Positions 1 to 13,750 are shown, numbered from the stretch's first letter. The stretch is DNA of 64,000 nucleotides from Octopus vulgaris (GCA_951406725.2 OX597822.1:114390001-114454000), one strand, 5' to 3'. The notes: a model not told the origin generated them from the letters alone. Made by a program: numbers and translations.

Positions 1-414
1 ATCACGCTTCAGGACCAGTTACTGCAAGAGCCTGGGTTTCAAGGGCCCACAGCTTTTTAATATTCTCCTAAAGAGTCTGAGGAACTTGCACAAAGAAAAT
101 GTAGAGGTTTTATATCAAAGCTGGACCTGTTCCTGCTGAGAGTCCCAGATGAGCCTACCTCACGGCAAGAGGTGCAAATGAGGGTAGCTATATCAAACTC
201 CATTCTTCATCAAGTGCCACATATTACAGGACGCTCCTAGTAATAACAGTGTAGCGCAAAACGGCGGTTTTCAAGGGCCCACAGCTTTTTAATATTCTAC
301 CAAAGAGAGTCTGAGGAACTTGCACAAAGAAGATGTAGGGGTTTTTATATCAAAGCTAGACCTCTTCTAGCTGAGAGTCCCAGATGAACCTAGCTCACGG
401 CAAGAGGTGCAAAA
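1..414 (+). mobile_element. CR1-like LINE 3' end fragment with partial tandem re-copy
   Basis: 1-270 closely matches about 57793-58060 (SLGFKGPQLFNILPKSLRNL..VPDEP); 268-414 repeats part of it. Confidence 0.8.
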
Positions 415-1286
415 CAGGCGGAAAAGAAGAATACAGGGAGGGTTAGATATGCTCTGGAAGTACATCTCTGTTTTAGATGGAAAACAGAAAGGGGGACATA
501 TAAATACAGGGCACTGAACAGGAAGTATGATATTGATTAAAAGGGTCTGAATGTGGTAATGGAGGGACTGAAATAGCACTTTGTGCAAAGAAAGCAAAGA
601 TGGTATGATAGTCCAAAAAGAAATCTCCGGGGAGAATAGTTTATTCAGAGTAGATAAGAAGAGCTTCTACAAAGATTGAGAGTATAAAGTTGAAACGGAT
701 GAAGAATAAGGTGTGCCGACGGAGGCGAAATTGATGATGATGATGATGATGAAGATGAAGCAGTGTATGTGATAGTGGTGGTGTTGGAGGCCGTGGTGGT
801 GGTGATTGAGGGTAATGGTGGTGATGAGGAGGATAATGGTGTTGGCGAAGATTGTGGAGAGGATGATAATGATGAAGAAAAATTAAAAAAATAGGATAGG
901 AAGAAGCGGTAAGAAGAGGAGGGGGAGGGGAATTAGGGTATGAATAATCTACTTCTAAATATAGAATTACATGTGATATTCAATGATGTGAATTAGCATC
1001 GATCTATCGATCTAGAGGTAATCACCGTACATAATGTGCATATCGTATTACACTCATATCTGAATGCACTTCTTCGGACACAGAGGCAAATACATGCATT
1101 TGCTGAAAAGTTTCCTCTCAATTCTCACCCTTTCCTATATGCCATATCTTATACATGGGGCTTCACACTCTTTAACACACAATTACAGAAAGGTGGAGGA
1201 TCATATAATCAAGTAAGGGACGATATTACAAATATGGAAATATATCGGCAATGATATACTATAAATAAAAAAATGATTTAACTTAC

Positions 1287-1358
1287 AGATAAATTAAATT
1301 GGTCAAATATTGGAAGGTTTCTGGTTTGATTTCATTCAGGTTGTTATCCTGCAAAAAC
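1287..1358 (-). CDS. 72-nt single-LRR exon (cassette B): (L)FLQDNNLNEIKPETFQYLTNLIY(L)
   Basis: tAG acceptor at 1360-1359, GTAAGT donor at 1286-1281, 72 nt, phase 2/2, paralogous to 7180-7251. The gene must continue beyond the left edge. Confidence 0.92.
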
Positions 1359-1965
1359 CTAGAACATAAAATTGAGTCAAGATGAAACTTTATGGAACAG
1401 GTTTTTGGAAGTATATAACATATTTCGAGTAAGGAAATAAACTATGGAAATCACGAAGAGTTGATTACGGTTCTGTTGAAATTGATAATGATGATGATGT
1501 TCAAGTGGGTGCATCTAACTGCGGTTGTCTATGGTAATGAACAAAGTTGATGATGAACCTGACAATGTTGACGGCTGAGAGAAATAATAGTGTTGGAGAG
1601 AATAGTCTCGGTAACTATGATGGGAACGAAGAACGTTTCGGGGACCACTACCCTGGGATGATCATCAAGCAAGCAAGCAAGCGTGTGTTTGTGCACGCAC
1701 GTGTGTATGTAAGCATGTGTGTATGTATGTGTTTCTGTAAGCGTGTGTGTGTTAACTCAATAGTTGAACAAGAAAAGCGAAGAATATTACATCTTCATAA
1801 TTTATTTGTTGAAGCATTTTCTTCATATTACATTCATTGGTTAATCAGCCCAAGATTTCCTCAGGATGCCAAAATGTATCTGCTCGGATTTCAAATCCCT
1901 ATTCCATTACGTTACATATGTGTGTGGGGGGTGTATATATATGTATGTATATGCATATGTATATA

Positions 1966-2335
1966 CGAGGGGATACACAAAAGTAACCGTAAATGTTCTC
2001 TGTAAGACAAACCCGTTGTAGTTCAGGTTTCCGTCGCTAAACTCCACTTGATGCGACTGTCAGGCATCAGTCAGCCAACCGGTGTTATCCGGTAGTGTTG
2101 TACTGCCGCGTAGTTCGTCTTTGTTTTGACGTGTTTCTGCTCAGTTCGTATGTTTTTTGCAATGGCTGGAACGAAGAACATTGTGCTTCTGTGAAATTCT
2201 GTTTACTGCTGCTGAAAACTGCAGATGAAACAATTTTCATGCATCCCATCACATGGATGATGCAATGGGCAAAGCACAAGTTTATGAATGGTTTTCACGA
2301 TTTTGCGGTCACTTGTCGCTTGGAAACCAACCTCA
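1966..2335 (+). mobile_element. Mariner 5' fragment (degenerate); a second, garbled copy at about 2797-3227
   Basis: TA-CGAGGG terminus followed by the transposase N-terminus (ASVKFC..KTADET..AMGKAQVYEWFSRF) with frameshifts. Confidence 0.7.
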
Positions 2336-5300
2336 TGATGAACCTGACAATGTTGGACGGCTGAGAGAAAGAATAGTGTTGCATGAGAATAGTCTCGGAG
2401 CTCCTACCAATGATGATGGAGAATTTTGAATGAACGTTCCAGCACCACTACCCTGTTTGCTCATGAATGTCAAAACAAGTCAAGGCGTGTGTGTTGTGAG
2501 CTACGTGTGTATGTAACGGCTATGTGTGTATGTATGTGTGTTTCTGTATGCGTGTGTGTGTTAAGCAGGTCAACGGAATTTGAAGATGTTGAAGAAAGGA
2601 AGAATATTACGATGGGGGCTTCATAATTTATTTGTTGAAGCATTTTTTCATATTACATCATTGGTTAATCAGCCCAACACTGATTTCCAGTATGCTGAAA
2701 ATGCGCCTGGATCGATGCATTGATTTCAAATCCCTATTACCATTACGTTACATATGTGTGTGTCTATATATATGTATGTATATGCATATGTATATACGAG
2801 GGGATATTTCAAAAAGTAACGATTTCTTGTTCTCGTTTGTATGTACAAACCCGTTGCTAGTTCAGGTTTCCGTCGATTATTAACTACCTATCCGACTGTC
2901 AGGCATCAGTCAGCCATATTTAGGTGTTATCCGGTAGTGTTGTACTGCCGCGTAGTTCGTCAGTTTGTTTTGAATGTTTTCACAGTTCGTATGTTTTTTG
3001 CAATGGCTGGAAAAAACTAAAATACATTGTGCTTCTGTGAAATTTGTATTACTGTGGTGAAAACTGCAGATGAAACAATTTTCATGCATCCCATCACATG
3101 GATGATGCAATGGGCTAAAGCACTTGAAGTTTATGAATGGTTTTCACGATTTTGCCCTTGGTCACAAGTGAAACCAACTCACACTGGATCATTTAGACAA
3201 CCGTCGACTCCCGAACGTCATGAAAACTTCATAGATTTTATCTTACAGAATATGGCTTATTGTACTCTGTACCTTATATATCTTCACCTTTGCAACTATA
3301 CTCCACATAACAAGGTGTTCTACACCCACAACCCTTTAATTACTAGATTTATTTTGATTGTGAAATGATGTTAGGCTTGCTAATCATCATCTCGTAGGGA
3401 AGATTTGATAATTGTGTTTTTATCACTTTCCATTAGGCAATTCATGAGTTGTTTTGTCTTTGTTGGTCCATTTCGTTAAACCTAGTTTTATTACACTTTC
3501 ATGCTATTATATATCTATAATTATAGACATATCGTTATATGTCGTCACTAATTACAATAATAATTATATATAACTGATGCTAACGTTTCACATATTAACG
3601 ATTATTTGGAGCTCAGGCATTCACACTTGATATTATTTCTGTGTAATTGCATTTTTGTAATGATGAGCTATAAGGTTGGCGCTGTTAATCATTCTTTTGA
3701 ATGATGGGCCATATTTTGGGCCACAACCGATTGTGCCCTTTGTTTATCCCCGCAAGAATCGATGCCAGATGGAGAAATAATTATAGTTATAAGTCATTTG
3801 CATTATTCGGTAGCTTCATAACATCTATGTTAGCTAAGTCTAAAAGCGTTAGCGGTAATACATTTCAGAAACTACATAGAAGTCCCTTTGTCTAGTTTCG
3901 TATCATTGTCACCATTGGCCAATGAATGACTTTCTCACTGAGACTACACCGCTGTCATATTGCTTCCCATGGTTTCGCCTGTAACCGTAGACTGAGTGGA
4001 ACATGGGTGATACGCTGAGCCAAAGGGCAGCTGTGTTTGCGCCAACAAAGTAGTTACTTATTTGACGTAATCCCTATATTTACAGGCTGTTCCATTGTCC
4101 ACCGCCTGGTAACCTACCGAATAGTAGATTCTCACTCAAGATTTACACATTCACACACACATTCATAGCCATCCTTAATTCGCGAGTCGAGCGAGTATGT
4201 CTTGGCAACATATCTAATGCTTTTACTAATTCCTTCAGGTGCCTTTGTATTTCCGAGCAGACATAGATACACTTTTATATCTCCAACCTTAAACCTAACC
4301 CAGCTGTCGCATCCAACACTTGACTGGTACACATTTACAGCTGAGTAGACTGGATCAACCTTGATCAACGTCCCAAACACCTAGCTTAGTCCAGGAACTG
4401 AACCAATCACATTATTATCGTGCAGCGACATGCTAATCACTGTGTCATATCTTTCACACACACTGAGGTACTACAAGTAGAAACTGATAACAACAGCTCA
4501 AATGCAGCCCAAAACAATTTTCCCCTCTCATCAACAAGTCACTGGATCCACGCTCAAATCATATCCAGTGCTATGGCAGTTTTAACACTCAAAACATCTC
4601 AGCTCAGATTTAATCTATTGGCTAAGGCTAAAGTCACAGAGATGGGAACAGATTGCAGAAAATGATAGAATATCATAAAATGCCTGACAAGAAATTCAAA
4701 GTTGTCTCTTGAATAAAGTCCAACATCTTTTCACACAAAAACATCTACAAATCCAAGGATTCTGGCAGCCTTAAAGAATTCTCTTCTTTTTTCTTTTGAT
4801 CATGAAGGAAGTCACTTTTGAAGAACATCACTATAGGAGAATGTAGATCCCGTGTATATCTAGGACTGCATTTAAAAGTAATGTTTTTTCATTTTAGTAC
4901 CAGAAAATATTTCAATCCTAACAACTCCCACTTTTTGACGCTCAACCGCTATGTTTAGTTCTTCCTCCTCAGAACATCGGCTTCTGGAATGCCCTCCATG
5001 TTCTTGTCTTCTTTCCGGTGGGAATTTATCTGTAACAATTTAAACGGAGCATTACCATCATCATCTCACCCATATCACGCAACCAGCGAAATTAATGATC
5101 TCTACTCCTTCTTCAAAACGCAGAAAGTAAAAACAAGTGGGATTTGAACTTAAAATGCAAAGAGCTAGAAAATTTCCATACGAGACCCAGCCCCACATCC
5201 CTACACTTTCTCTAGTCCAATGGCCTCTTTAGGTACGCAAAAAGCCGTAAGTTAAGGACATCCTCGACTAGATTTTAAGTCAGAATACCGAATGCCAGAT

Positions 5301-7179
5301 TAAATACCACAAGGTGTCATTCAACTTGACGGCCTGCAGTTTCGGCCAATTTTTTATTAAATTATGAATTAACAATAAGAAAATTAAAAATTTCTAAATA
5401 ATATATATCGTATATTCACCATCTGCAGATATACGGATTTCTATTTAATTCAGACAATCCCAAATGTGTAGAGAAGCAAGTGAATTCCTTTGAATCTATC
5501 GAATATAGTATTGGAATATTTTATTTAAAATTGAAACTCGAAATATTTAATGCCATATAACTTTTTCTACCCGAAATTTTAGAGGAAGGAGAGTCGATAA
5601 TATCGGCCTTAGTACGCAATTGTTACTTAATTTATCGATTCCGAAAGGATGAAAGGCAAAGTCGACTTTGACGGAATTTGAAGTCAGAACGATTAATACA
5701 ATATAATACAAATCCTTTAATCTGAAATAATACTCAGGAAGAGTCGAACCCACTCTGTACAACCTAGGGTACTTTTCAGTCGAACTGTAACAGAGAGATC
5801 AGCTAAATCTTAAGCTTAAAGTATTTTGTAGAATTATAACTAATGTGTTTTTATTTCTAAAAAGGTATCGGGTTTATGATATCAACCTAAATTTTACCGA
5901 TGACGTCTTTAATAAAAATAAGTTTCATAATACCGGACTATTTTACATGTTTCATTTACGTAATTTCAGAGTCAGGCAATTTAAGCGGATCTCGTAATTA
6001 TCTGCAGTTTAATTAGTCTAACAATATCACTTTTAATTGTAAACGTAATATAGACATGCAATAATTAACTGTCATTCTGTTACTAAATCAGCTAATATCA
6101 ATATAACTGTAACAATAAACATCTTCTATTTAGGAAATGATGTTGCGAAATGCGGCACCCGGGGGGCAGCCCAGCAAGCCAATTTGATTAAAGTGGAAGA
6201 AGTAGGCATACCCTGCCGGATTATTTGCGTAATGTGGTTCTTCGTTGCCAGGTTCATTTCGACTCCTCACATGGCATCATTACACCGATGTCTTCGTTGA
6301 CAAATCCACACTGTATGCAGTTCTTCGTCGTCTGACCTCACACCAACTGTTCACATCACCCAACTCTCATCTCTAACTCTTCCCATCGCCCAACTCTTAT
6401 CCGATTTTTAATTACCTACAAGGGTCTAACATAGAGGGACAATACGCACATTTGGGGACTATTAACATATGAAAGAAGAAGAAGAAGAAGAAGAAGAACA
6501 AGAAGAAGAAGAAAAGAAGAAGAAAAATGAGGAAGAGCAGGACGATAAGATGTGGAAGAGAGAAAGAAAAACAAAAATGGTAGGACAAATCATATTCAAA
6601 TCAACAACAGTGAAACAATAAGTAGAGAAAGTAGATGAAGAAGAAAACGGAGACGAAGAATATGTAGAAGGAGATAATAACTAATATGATGAAACGAAGG
6701 AAACGAAGAGAAGAAGAAGACGAAGAAAAAGAGGATGAGTAAGAAGGAGAAGAGCAAGGAAGTGGAGTAGGAGGTAATGAAGATGAAGTGGAAGTAGAAG
6801 TTAAAGAAATTAAATAAGTAGGAGAAGAAAAGAAGAAGAAAGGAACAAGAATAAGTCCAAGAAGAATTTTATAAATGAGTTTTATAAATGACGTCGTTCT
6901 AAATGTACAAATGTCATCGGTATTGAAGCATGTTATTTAGCGTAAACACAAGACATAATATCCATACCGAATGATAGACACAGGTGAATAGGGATTTGTA
7001 TGTTTATAGTGATGATGAACATAGTGTTGATGCTGATGATGTTGGTGGTGAAGTTTCTCTTGTCGATGATGATGAACATATAATACCGTGTGAAAGGAAA
7101 ATGACGAGAGTGAGCGAAATTACAAACATGGAAATATATCGGCAATGATATACTATAAATGAAGATTGGTTTAACTTAC

Positions 7180-7251
7180 AGATACTTTAAATTGGTCAAA
7201 TATTGGAAGGTTTCTGGTTGGATTTCATTCAGGTTATTATTGGTCAAATAC
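7180..7251 (-). CDS. 72-nt single-LRR exon (cassette A): (L)YLTNNNLNEIQPETFQYLTNLKY(L)
   Basis: cAG acceptor at 7253-7252, GTAAGT donor at 7179-7174, exactly 72 nt, phase 2/2, in frame with the LRRNT exon. Fits the 24-aa typical LRR LxLxxNxLxxIxxxxFxxLxxLxxL. Confidence 0.92.
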
Positions 7252-7613
7252 CTGGAACATAAAATTGAGTCAAGATGAAAATTTATGGAACAAACATGTG
7301 GTAGTATATAACATATTTCGAGTAAGGAATTAAACTATGGAAATCATGAAGAGTTGATTACGATTCTGTTGAAATTGATAATGATGATGATGGTGCAACT
7401 AACTGCGGTTGTCTATGGTAATGAATAAAGTTGATGATGAACCTGACAATGTTGACGGCTGAGAGAAAGAATAGTGTTGCGGAGAATAGTCTCGGTAATG
7501 ATGATGGGAACGAAGAACGTTTCGGGGACCACTACCCTGGGATGATCATGAAGCAAGCAAGCAAGCGTGTGTTTGTGCACGCACGTGTGTATGTAAGCAT
7601 GAGTGTATGTATG

Positions 7614-8438
7614 TCCTCAGTTTGTGAATGTTAATTCACTGAGAATTGTAAATACACAGAACATAAGAAAAAACTAAAATACACTTTACTTTTATATATA
7701 GGTCCAACACTGATTCCAGTAGCTGAAAAGGCGACTGGAACGATGCATTGATTAAAATGGAGAATATATTGAACATAATAAATGTCTAAATATGTAAAAC
7801 GTATTGAATAATATAATATTTCAAAATCACTGTTTCTTTTGGGCACCCACTCGTTTGTATGTACACACAAGCGGCTAAGGCTGAGTTTCCCTGTGATTAT
7901 TAATACCTAACATAAATATCATCTCATCATTTCCTTATATTTAGGGTAAACCGTTGTTTAAAAGATGCCAAGACGCAAATAATCCTCAGTTTGTGAATGT
8001 TAATTCACTGAGAATTGTAAATACACAGAACATAAGAAAAAACTAAAATACACTTTACTTTTATATATAGGTCCAAAACTGATTCCAGTAGCTGAAAAGG
8101 CGACTGGAACGATGCATTGATTAAAATGGAGAATACATTGAACATAATAAAAGTCTAAATATGTAAAACTAATTTAATAATATAACATTTCAAAACTACG
8201 GTTTCTTTTGGGCACCCCCTCGTTTGTATGTATAAACAAGCGGCTAAGGCCGAGCTTCCCTGGGATTATTAATACCTAAAATAGATATCATCTCATCATT
8301 TCCTTATATTTTGGGTAAACCGTTGTTTAAAAGATGCCAAGACGCAAATAATCCTCAGTTTGTCTGTGAATGTTAATTCACTGAGAATTGTAAATACACA
8401 GAACATAAGAAAAAACTAAAATACACTTTACTTTTATA
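7614..8438. repeat. 369-bp tandem repeat, about 2.2 copies, intronic
   Basis: Unit start tcctcagtttgt(ctgt)gaatgttaattcactgag recurs at 7614, 7983 and 8352. Confidence 0.9.
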
Positions 8439-9759
8439 TTTATATTTTCTGTGGTAAATGTTTTAAGAACATACGGTACACATTTTCAAAATATCTTTAA
8501 AGTAATTGCTTTTCTAACAAGTAATTTTTTCAATGACTAACGTAGTGCTTGAAGTATACAATGTTCTTATTTTGCCCTTGGTTGCAGACAAGTGGTGAAG
8601 ATCTCACATTTGATATTTAGGATGTCGGCTGGCAAGCTAAGACTTCATAGTGTTTATCTTACAGAATATGGCTTATTGTACTCTGTACCTTATATGCCTT
8701 CGCCTTTGCAACTATACACCACATAACAAGGTGTTCTACACCCACAACCCTTTAATTACTAGAATTATTTTGATTGTGAACTGATGTTAGGCTTGCTGAT
8801 CATCATCTCGTAGGGAATATTTGATAATTGTGTTGCTATTAAGAAAATTAAAAATGTCTAAATAATATATATCGTATATTCACCATCTGCAGGTATGGAT
8901 TTCTGTTTAATTCGGACAACCCCAAATGTGTTAAGAAGTAAATGACGTTGCTTGCATCGATCGAATATAGTATTGGAATATTTTATTTAAACTGGAAACT
9001 TGAAATGTTTAATGCAATATAATCTGTTATACCGAAATTTTGGGGGAGGGTGAATCGATTTGATCGACACTAGTACGCAACAGGTGCTTAATTTATCGAC
9101 CCCGAAAGGATGAAAGGCAAAGTCGACTTCGGCGGAATTTGAAGTCATAACGATTAATGCAATATAATACAAATCCTTTAATCTGAAATAATACTCAGGA
9201 AGAGTCGAACCCACTCTGTACAATCTAGGGTACTTTTCAGTTGAACTGTAACAGACAGATCAGCTAAATCTTAAGCTTAAAGTATTTTGTAGAATTATAA
9301 CTAATGTGTTTTTATTTCTAAAAACCTATCGGGTTTATGATATCAACCTAAATTTTACCGATGACGTCTTTAATAAAAATAAGTTTCATAATACCGGACT
9401 ATTTTAAATGTTTCATTTACGTAATATCAGATTCAGGCAATTTAAGCGGATCTCGTAATTATCTGCAGTTTAATTAGTCTAACAATATCACTTTTAATTG
9501 TAAACGTAATATAGACATGCAATAATTAACTGTCATTCTGTCACCAAATCAGCTAATATCAATGTAACTGTAACAATAAACATCTTCTATTTAGGAAATG
9601 ATGTTGCGAAATGCGGCACCCGGGGGGGGGGGGGCAGCCCAGCAAGCCAATTTGATTAAAGTGAAGGAAGTAGGCATATCCACACTGTATGCAGTTCTTC
9701 GTTGTCTGAAGAACTCACGCCAGCTCTTCACATCACCCATCTCTCATCTCTAACTCTTC

Positions 9760-11441
9760 GATTTTTTATTACCCACAAGGGGCGACGGAGAGGGGACATT
9801 ACAAAATATTGGGGACATAGAATATTATAATTAATAATATGAAAATGAATTTTAACTGAAAAAATGATAATGTGAAAGCGATGCTAACGGCCCCATCCGC
9901 CAGCATCACTTACCTGTCCTTCATCACCCATTTCCAATTACAATTCCTTCCTTTCTTATCACACTCTTCGTTTTCCTTTCATACTTCTCTATCATTTCAT
10001 CCTGCATTGTCACTGTCATCCATTTTATACCCTCTTCCTCACACTTCCTCACCAATGTCTCCATAAATTCATATTTCAAAACCGCGTAACTACCATCTTC
10101 ACGTTCGCGCCATAAGTCTTTATGTACCATCCTTTTTGAGTTCTGGGTGTCCCTCTTCCTCGCAACACATAAAAAATAGGTCCTGGGACTTTGTTCGTTC
10201 TGTGTGTCTGCATTTGTTTTTGTTTTTCTTGAAGGCGGGGAGTGGGTGGAATCGCTGTTTGCAGGGGAAGGATGGTGTTGGGGTGGGTTGGGGTTTCGTA
10301 CTGTTTTCTTTTTTCTTTCTTTTTCTTTTTTTTCTCCCTTCTTCCCACTCTTGCTGGATCTCCTCCACTTCAGTTGCTTCCCTTTCTGTTTGGTTCTCCT
10401 TTTCTTTAGTGTCTTCCTCTTTTGGGGGTTCCGCAACGATTTCCTTTTCCTTTGGTGGGGGAGGGCAGTAGGCTCTTATGTGACCCCTCAGGTCACACTT
10501 ATAGCACCTGGGCGCCCTGCCTTCCACCCACACTCTCATAATAATGTTCCCTGTTCTTATATTTTCTGTCAGCCTTTCTATTGTTTCCGCTTCTGTCTGT
10601 ATATTCATGTCCAAGGTAGCACCTCTCACGCCTTCGTATTTCATAGTGGCGTGGAGGATATCCACCTTTTCCTCGTTTCCCTTAATCACCGCTGCCGTTA
10701 TGTATTCACCCTCTAGGTGTGGAGGTATTCCCTCCACCCTAATTCTCGTAGTTCTCCTGTTTAGGTACGAAGGTAGTAGGTATACCTTCTCCGTCTTTAC
10801 CACCTTGGCTGCTATTTTTCTGGCGACGTTCTCACTTCTATATTGCACCGTTACAGTTCCATGCTCCATTCCTCTTGTCAGGTAAACAATTTCCTCTCCA
10901 GTCTGTTTCATTGCCTCTTCAATGGCTTCCATATTTACCCTTTCCATCCTTCTTCCTCCACTCACGTACACTCTATATTTGATGGTTCTACGGTTGAACC
11001 ACTCGCCACGCTTTGCTGGAGGTGACAGCTCGACTTCGCCGTTCTCCTCCTCTTTCATAAAATCCTGGAAGCCTGGTAATGTAGCCAGGTCCACCTCTTT
11101 TTCTTTCGACTTCCTCAATATTCCTGCGTACGTACTTTCCAGCTTCCTGTCCATTTTTTTCCACTGCTCTTTCCAACTCCTCCTCAGATGTCGATAATTC
11201 CGACAAACTTTCAAATAAATTCTTCCCGGCCATCTCACCCGTTTGGGAGAGGCGGCTCATAATCAGCTCAGACCGAAAGCGGCCGCCCGAATAGAAACAG
11301 TGTAACGCGTAGAACCAGTGTAACGCGAAACCGCATCAACCGACGTTCAAAATTCCACAACAACAACAATTCACTTTCTGTTCTTTTTTACCGAATTTTA
11401 CGAGCGTAAAAAAACACGACCGACGTCAAACGAATCTCTGA
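9760..11441 (-). mobile_element. ORF1(gag)-only non-LTR element, Tx1/L1-like, apparently complete but frameshifted
   Basis: ORF pieces 10988-11260, 10120-11238 and 9924-10436 give an RRM-like region (YLTRGMEHGTVTVQY..TRIRVEGIPPH) and a CX2CX4HX4C knuckle (CYKCDLRGHIRAYC). Short 3' UTR ending gtgggtAATAAAAAA. No room for endonuclease/RT. Confidence 0.75.
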
Positions 11442-11443
11442 CT

Positions 11444-11969
11444 CTTTCTTTCTTTATTACCCACTAGGGGCGTCACAGAGGGGACACCACAAGACATTGG
11501 GGACATAGAACATTATAATTAAATTTATGAACAATGAATTATTAAATGAAAAAATGATAATATGAAAGCGATGCTAACGGCCCCATCCGCTAGCATCACT
11601 TACCTGTCCTTTGGTTGCTAATCGCACACAAATATTCCTCGTTCAGTTCCAATAACAAAACCTTTCATCTGCATTCCTCCAAATCTCTCACGGTTTCTTC
11701 CATCATTCTCACCTCCTTCACTTCCCAATCCTCCCTTTCCCACTTTCTCATCAAATCGTCCAGTCGCTCCTTTCCAATCACTGCATACCTCATATGTCCT
11801 CTCTCACACCATTTCAATTCCTCCAGTGTCTTTCTCATTTTTGCCTTTCCTCTCATCAATACAATGTTTGGCCTGGCTTCTTGTTTCCTGTCTTGTCTGT
11901 GTGCATCTTTTTTCTCTTTTCTTGTTGGAGGGGAAAGGGTGGGTTCACTGTCTGCAGGGATAGGGTGGG
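11444..11969 (-). mobile_element. 5'-truncated relative of the ORF1-only element
   Basis: 3' UTR matches 9760-9920 (gaaagcgatgctaacggccccatccg.cagcatcacttacctgtcctt); ORF 11665-12045 resembles the C-terminus of ORF 9924-10436. Confidence 0.7.
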
Positions 11970-11996
11970 ACTCTTCCCATCGCCCAACTCTTCTCC

Positions 11997-13750
11997 GATT
12001 TTTAATTACCCACAAGGGTCTAACATAGAGGGACAATACGCACATTTGGGGACAATTAACATATGAAAGAACAGAAAAAAATGAAATTTTACAAATGAAG
12101 TTGGAACGGCTACCCCGACCCCGCTCCAGGATGGTTACGTTATTTCAATTATGTCAAAAAATCTTTATAATCAATCTCCACTTACTACTTTATGTTACTT
12201 TTAATGTCCTCATAGTTCACCACTGTAGCGCTGGGTTCGATACTCACCTCGGGTCCCAGTGGGTTTACATCTGATGGGAATACATCTTTCAGCGTTCTAT
12301 ATTTTTATTTCTCCATCAGGACACAATCTTTTTCATAACCTTCCGAAAGGATCACTCTAACAATCCCTTTCCTTTCTGTTATTCTCCTTTCCAAATTTTG
12401 GGGTCGTACGATATGTTATTCAAAATAATGTGTTCCTGTGGACCTCTTCTGTCTGTATGTCTGTTCTTAATGTCTTTGTTACTCTGTGTTATCATGCGTC
12501 CGTCTATGTTTCTTTGTGTCTGTGTGTCTATGTGCTTATGTGTCTGTAAGTCTGTGTGTTTGTGTGATTGTAAGTCTGTATATTTGCTTGGTGATGTTGT
12601 TCTGCTTGTATCATTTTCCCGCGGTCATCTCACAGGCGTACTGCTTCTACTTGTTGTTGGTTGGCTCACTTTTTCCTCTACTTTATATTTCTTCCGTTCC
12701 ATTTCAGGCGGTGAACTACTCTTCCTTTCTCTCTTCCTCAACTTGACCTCCACAAACTCCATGTTCTGTTCCACTACCTAGACCTGACTCTCCACCTCCA
12801 TCCCGCTTTCTTGCATGTTTACCTCTGCTTTTTCCATCGTTGGAGGCATCCCCTCCAACATTACATCCAATTTGTCTTCATTTAACATCACCAATGACTC
12901 TGGTATTGTCTCGTATAGTTTCTGATCCACCGCAAAAATTATCTCTGACTCGTGTCCCCATCAATTCACTTGTTGGGTCCGGGTTATAATAATTAAACTA
13001 CTTCGTTGTCTTCTTCCTCTTATGTGGTGAAAAGTGCTGCTAATATCCACTCTAGCTGGATTATCGACGGGATCCTGCCCACCCTAATCCTAGTAGATCG
13101 TTTACCCTGGTAATTGTGCAGAAGTGCCCCTCCCCCTGATACTATCCTTGTGGCGTATCTTTTTGCCACTTCTTCGGAGACAAATGTGACCGCTACTGAA
13201 CCATATCTTTTTCCTCTTGTAAAATAATAAAAACTTTATGTTTTCTTTCAGGTCCTTTAGGCATTCTTCCATCTCCTCCTTCGTTGCGTTCTCAAGTCTC
13301 TGATTTTTCTTTTGAAAACGTTTTGTACTCTATTACTTTATTTTCTCTCCCCGCCTTGTCTTCCTCTGGTGGTGTCAACTTTACGTTTGACCTCTCTCTC
13401 TTTACCATATCTTAGTATTTCTGTAGCAATTTTACATCGCAACATATTTCATTTTGTTCTAGCATGCTTGGGACGACAAAAGCTTGACTCCCCGTTGCTG
13501 CCACGTAGCTCTTCCTTTTCGTTAGTCAGTACCACCCACCAAACAATGATGGCGTTACACTCAAAGAACTGCTGCAAAGCAGCATAAAACAATCCTAAGC
13601 ACACAGCAACTCTCACAAAAAGCACTCAAACAGCCCTCATCACCGGCTGACAGACACCACGCGTTCCATCACCAATTCGAATTGTCCACCTCACAGTAAA
13701 AACGTACAAAAGAACGCGTAACATGTTTTAAACCAGCCGCATGATCCATG
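11997..13750 (-). mobile_element. Older degenerate ORF1-only element of the same group
   Basis: Same 3' tail. Minus-strand remnant YFTRGKRYGSVAVTFVSEEVAKRYATRIV (about 13140-13230) aligns to YLTRGMEHGTVTVQYRSENVARKIAAKVV. Only its last ~70 bp are present in unit 1 (about 6402-6474). Confidence 0.6.

Larger units (their letters stand above)
1225..12070. repeat. Tandem segmental duplication carrying the LRR exon plus intron (unit 1 about 1225-6474, unit 2 about 7120-12070)
   Basis: Collinear near-identical blocks: 1225-1730 with 7120-7612, 3225-3420 with 8640-8835, 5375-6210 with 8840-9680, 6376-6474 with 11970-12070, separated by unit-specific insertions. Confidence 0.85.
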
